A DNA stretch of 64,000 nt from Octopus bimaculoides (Eukaryota), in assembly GCF_001194135.2 (NCBI RefSeq), contig NC_068984.1, forward strand, positions 12,238,213-12,302,212. Direction: 5' to 3'. A program made the translations under genes and the position numbers. The notes beneath the pieces are model-generated. The model had not been told where the DNA came from, made no database searches, and saw nothing but the letters and a program-made list of their open reading frames with translations. Of the stretch, positions 61,055 through 64,000 are shown piece by piece; the first letter of the stretch is position 1, and every line of letters begins with the position of its first letter.

Positions 61055-62748
61055 CTGTGTGTATGTATCTCCTTGTCTTGACATCTCGTGGTAGTTAGCA
61101 AGTGATGATGTCATACAAGCAGTATCATCCATTTCCAGTCTACCATGAAAGTATTCCCTGCCAAGGTAAAATATTTCCTTATCTGGAAACAGGTGAGAGT
61201 TGGCAACAGGAAGGACATCCAGTTGTAGAAAATCTGTTTCAGTGAATTCCTCTGATCCATGCAAGTATGGATGTAAGTGGATGTTAAAATGATGATGGTG
61301 ATTCCTGTGAGGTATAATGGCTACAAGGTTAGGAACTATGTTACTTACTGACTGCTGGCCACATACTCATGTTTAAGTTTTTCTACAGTCATTATTGTAT
61401 TGCTGAATGAGGCTCTTCTGCTTTTGCTAGTTTGTCTAATCAACAAAAGCAGATTATACTACTGGTTGGTGATAGGAAAAGCAAAAAGCTGTAAAAACCA
61501 TTGTTCTATTAAAAATTATCTCATGTGACCAAATATGAAAAATCATCATCATCACCATTGTGTAATGTCCACCTTCCATGCTAGCATGGGTTGGACAATT
61601 TGACTGAGGACTGGCAAACCAGATGGCTACACCAGGCTCCAATCTGATTTAGCGGAGTTTCTACAGCTGGATGCCCTTCCTAACGCCAACCACTCCGAGA
61701 GTGTAGTGGGTGCTTTTTACGTGCCACTGGCACAAAGGCCAGTCAGGCGGTACTGGCAACGGCCATGCTCAAAATGGTGTATTTTATGTGCCACCTGCAC
61801 AGGAGCCAGTCCAGCAGCACTAGCAATGATCTCACTCGAATGTCTTTTCATGTGCCACTGGCACAAGTGCCAGGAAGGTGACGCTTGTAACGAGCATGCT
61901 CAAGTGGTGCTATTTACGTGCCACTGGCACGGAAGCCAGGCAGCTGCTCTGGCAACGATCACGCTCGGACGGTGCTCTTAGCGCTATAGAATTAAAACTT
62001 CTTAGCAGAAAAGTTCTTGCCACAATGAACTTTGCATTTTGTCCTTTTGAGGTTGATAAAAAGAAAGTAGCAATGCAAGGTAGGGAATTGATGGAACTGT
62101 AAGAATATTGAGCCAAATAGCTTGTAGTCATTGTCTTTCATATCACATAGGTGCTTGATGCAGCTCTGTGGCTCTCTGGATCCTGTCAAACCATCAAAGC
62201 TATGCCAACATGGAAAATAGACATGAAATGATGATTAAGATGATTGCTAACAACTCAGGGATGAAATTAGAGTATAACATGTAGTTTGTCAACCAGACAA
62301 AACAGAACAATTGTTATATTACAATACTATACGAAGTGGAATATTGTATCGTGTGCAGGACGATGTTGGATATAAATCAGTGTCTTTGGTTGTCAACTTG
62401 CTGACATATTTTAAATATTTTAATTCCAATTACTTCACAGTTTGTAGGATACTACACTGATATTGGTAGTTTAGTATTACATACTTCTCGTAATAGGACA
62501 AGTTGAATTTCATCTTGTTTACTAATGAAACAGTTCAAATTTTTTAGATTAAAATTTTGTTTTAATTTTTTTCCCTATTTTTTGTTGTTTCATCAATACA
62601 TCTGAAGTATCAATTATGGGTTTATTACTTACTTTTTGATTACAGGGAGAAAAAGTAGATAAAGTTACTGCATTCATTGTAGAGAGGAAATTTGGTGGTA
62701 TTACAAATGGTAAACCTGAAGACAAACTTGGTATTCGAGGCTCTAATA
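41926..62748 (+). CDS. ACAD9: Acyl-CoA dehydrogenase family member 9 (complex I assembly factor), 5' partial: join(41926..42183,52463..52556,53799..53900,57022..57128,59238..59338,60519..60669,62646..62748); continues beyond the window
   Basis: In-frame spliced product with [83 protein letters not shown]. The last motif and LAAHQ fit ACAD9 better than ACADVL (GPPEKKMGIKASN). Confidence 0.92.
43443..43900. repeat. Compound (TCTA)n/(TCTG)n microsatellite interrupted by a Penelope-like segment
   Basis: Read directly. Confidence 0.9.
43660..43830 (+). mobile_element. Penelope-like pseudo-LTR / retrozyme-like fragment with a hammerhead-like motif at 43711-43747
   Basis: tgaagagcgtagctcgaaacgtc matches the TGAxGA...CGAAACG signature of PLE termini. 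Confidence 0.5.
47251..47406. mobile_element. Small MITE with ~35-bp TIRs
   Basis: aatacagatacatcacagaaagctaatctaactgt versus rc aatgcaggtacatcacagaaagtcaaattaactgt. Confidence 0.7.
47995..48352 (+). mobile_element. SINE A 5' half followed by SINE B
   Basis: Similarity to 59767 and 17230. Confidence 0.75.
48375..49630 (+). mobile_element. RTE LINE 3' end (ORF2 C-terminus + UTR + (GAT)n-like tail)
   Basis: [52 protein letters not shown]. Confidence 0.8.
51195..51560 (-). mobile_element. RTE 3'UTR fragment
   Basis: (CAT)n-tttaacgtctgttgtccatgctggcatgggttggacgg start on the plus strand. Confidence 0.75.
51831..52177 (+). mobile_element. SINE family A
   Basis: Similarity to 59767. Confidence 0.85.
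52463..52556 (+). CDS. ACAD9: ACAD9 exon 2 (SNLVYPEIS...RFFLEE)
   Basis: ttttattctag| ... G|gtaaat; 94 nt. Confidence 0.88.
52740..53100 (-). mobile_element. RTE 3'UTR fragment
   Basis: As for 51195. Confidence 0.75.
53799..53900 (+). CDS. ACAD9: ACAD9 exon 3 (VDSQKID...QVPTKY)
   Basis: tatttcag| ... G|gtaaat; 102 nt. Confidence 0.92.
54240..54975 (+). mobile_element. Highly decayed RTE ORF2 remnant
   Basis: IVNLAKTR.., [10 protein letters not shown].., terminal tccaacccatgcaagcatgga..gatgtacaatgataatgat. Confidence 0.5.
55660..56195 (-). mobile_element. RTE LINE ORF2 C-terminal fragment
   Basis: [52 protein letters not shown] (ORF 55833..56054). Confidence 0.85.
56580..56765 (+). mobile_element. 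Short tRNA-headed SINE with poly(A) tail
   Basis: Head shared with 22679-23054; ends in an A-run. Confidence 0.7.
56842..56968. mobile_element. Tc1/mariner-type MITE, TA TSD
   Basis: cagggtgtccacaaagtctgggtacatgg / ccatgtacccagaccttgtggacaccctg (28/29); TA on both sides. Confidence 0.9.
57022..57128 (+). CDS. ACAD9: ACAD9 exon 4 (GGLGLNAT...HQSIGLK)
   Basis: cgtttcag| ... |gtaaac; 107 nt. Confidence 0.93.
57150..57765 (-). mobile_element. SINE family A, split by the TTAA MITE
   Basis: Halves rejoin as gcagcaccTTAAagaact. Confidence 0.82.
57209..57429. mobile_element. piggyBac-like MITE, TTAA TSD, inserted in a SINE A tail
   Basis: TTAA 57205-08 and 57430-33; 12-bp perfect TIR ccctttcattac. 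Confidence 0.9.
57900..58560 (-). mobile_element. Decayed CR1/L2/Jockey-type LINE (ORF1 end + apurinic endonuclease start)
   Basis: [29 protein letters not shown] matches the N-A-x-S-L-x-N-K ... I-T-E-T-W start of the APE domain. Confidence 0.5.
59238..59338 (+). CDS. ACAD9: ACAD9 exon 5 ([11 protein letters not shown]...FCLTEPS)
   Basis: ttttatag| ... AG|gtgaga; 101 nt. Confidence 0.94.
59408..59715 (+). mobile_element. SINE family C variant
   Basis: tRNA-like head + CORE-like region + 3' body shared with 22679. Confidence 0.78.
59767..60170 (+). mobile_element. SINE family A, full-length reference copy
   Basis: tRNA-like A/B boxes, CORE-like segment, (GT)n middle, tail gactgaaacaagtaaaagaataaaagaa. 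Confidence 0.9.
60519..60669 (+). CDS. ACAD9: ACAD9 exon 6 (SGSDAASIQ...TELINDK)
   Basis: tcttttag| ... |gtatga; 151 nt. Confidence 0.94.
61545..61985 (-). mobile_element. RTE 3'UTR with four to five ~65-bp tandem units
   Basis: Reverse complement of 14830-15250. Confidence 0.82.
62646..62748 (+). CDS. ACAD9: ACAD9 exon 7 ([10 protein letters not shown]...LGIRGSN)
   Basis: ttgattacag| ... A|gtaagt; 103 nt. Confidence 0.94.
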
Positions 62749-63814
62749 GTAAGTATTCTTAATGTTTGTGTGTTTATCAACATGACCAGGACCATAATGG
62801 TGTAACCCCAAATTCTAAGAATTCAATGGAGAAGAGAATTTCTTGTTTCTTTTGGAGAAGTGTTTGAGTTTGTAGAATGGAACAGTTGAATGAGATCAAT
62901 ATCATTAATATGGAATTTGTATGTTAGGGAGCATTTGGAAATGTATTGTCATTAATCCTTTAACTGTGAAATTAAATTTCATGGCTATTCTAGTAATGAT
63001 GTTAAATATCTACCAAAAAATAGAATTGGTATTTTCTGCAACATTGGTTCAATAACCTTTAGATATCTTAACAAGAAATAATTTCAAACATGACATTCTT
63101 CAACAAAATATAGATTGGTATATAAAACTGCTTTTCACAGTTCAGAGTAATGAAATTTTGAGTGGAAATATCAGATTTCCACAGTAAATGGGTCAAGCCA
63201 AATCACTACATGTAGTGTTTGTTGTGAATCTAGGGACAGAAAAATCAGTATGGGGAATAAGAATTGAAATAGCAGGTTTATTGATTAGATTTGGTTAGGT
63301 TTAGGTCGGCCAGAATGATTTAAAGATGAGAATCTGTTAATAGGGAAAGAAAGAAAGTCTTGTATAAGCTCACTTTCTCTTTTCTAACAATATGCCTATT
63401 ACATGGTAAAGAAGTGTTTTTAAAATATTGAAGACTATTGCCTAATTACAGTTTTTGTTTGTATTAATTTCAATATTGAATTTGTTTATAAGTAACCAAA
63501 AAGTACTTCTGTTTTCATTCCAATCATTATTACAGTTTTTGTGAAATCTGTCCATCTTTATCTTAGCTTCCAGTTTGCTTTGCAACTTACTCTCTCTCTT
63601 TCCCTCTGTATGAGTGTATGTATGTACACAGATACGTGTATTTCTTGATATTATCGTTAAAGACATTAGAACAAAAATATGAATCTCTGTTCTGTCCACA
63701 TTTCTCTGTCTGTAAAATGACATCTGTATAGACATAATATGAGCAGAAGGGAATGGGTGAAGAAAAAATTCTTTCAAAGACAGGAGCGTGCAAGAGAGGG
63801 AGGTATGTGTGTGT

Positions 63815-64000
63815 ATGTGTAGGTATGTGCGCGCACGCAGATCTCTGTGTGTGTGTGTGTGTGTGTGCATGTGTGTGTGCATGTGTGTGTGTGTATGTGT
63901 GTTTATGTATGTGTGTGTGAACGAGGGGTTGTGTAGGAGGTATAGGTGTGTTTTTCATGTGTGTATGGATGTGCGTGTGTGTGTGTGCATGCATATGTGT
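63815..64000. repeat. Compound (GT)n/(GTAT)n microsatellite
   Basis: Read directly. Confidence 0.95.

Noticed and set aside
61700-61985. Regular ~65-bp repeats that could suggest a CRISPR-like array
   Set aside because: No repeat/unique-spacer alternation, no cas genes, eukaryotic context; it is the RTE 3'UTR minisatellite.

Overview
AT-rich, repeat-dense eukaryotic genomic DNA with nine N-gaps. The tRNA-derived SINE and RTE-LINE families resemble those I know from octopus (coleoid cephalopod); this is inference, not a database hit. Two spliced protein-coding genes point away from each other. (1) Minus strand, 15688-28578: a complete 7-coding-exon, 862-aa GH20 beta-N-acetylhexosaminidase. 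It has the four-domain architecture of bacterial chitobiases rather than that of lysosomal HEXA/HEXB, and it appears to lack a signal peptide. (2) Plus strand, from 41926: the first 7 exons of mitochondrial ACAD9, which runs off the window end. All exon borders were read by hand from GT/AG sites and checked for frame. The rest is SINEs, LINE fragments (RTE, R4/Dong-like, CRE-like, Tx1/L1-like, CR1/L2-like), an internally deleted LTR retrotransposon with a TSD, several MITE or foldback elements, and microsatellites. The most interesting items are the intron-containing, leaderless bacterial-type chitobiase; a hammerhead-ribozyme-like motif in ACAD9 intron 1; a Mutator-like foldback whose arms both carry SINE tails; a TATA + DR1 promoter-like site with no annotated gene; and an exon/intron hairpin resembling an ADAR substrate. 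Repeat coordinates are approximate unless TSD or TIR positions are given.
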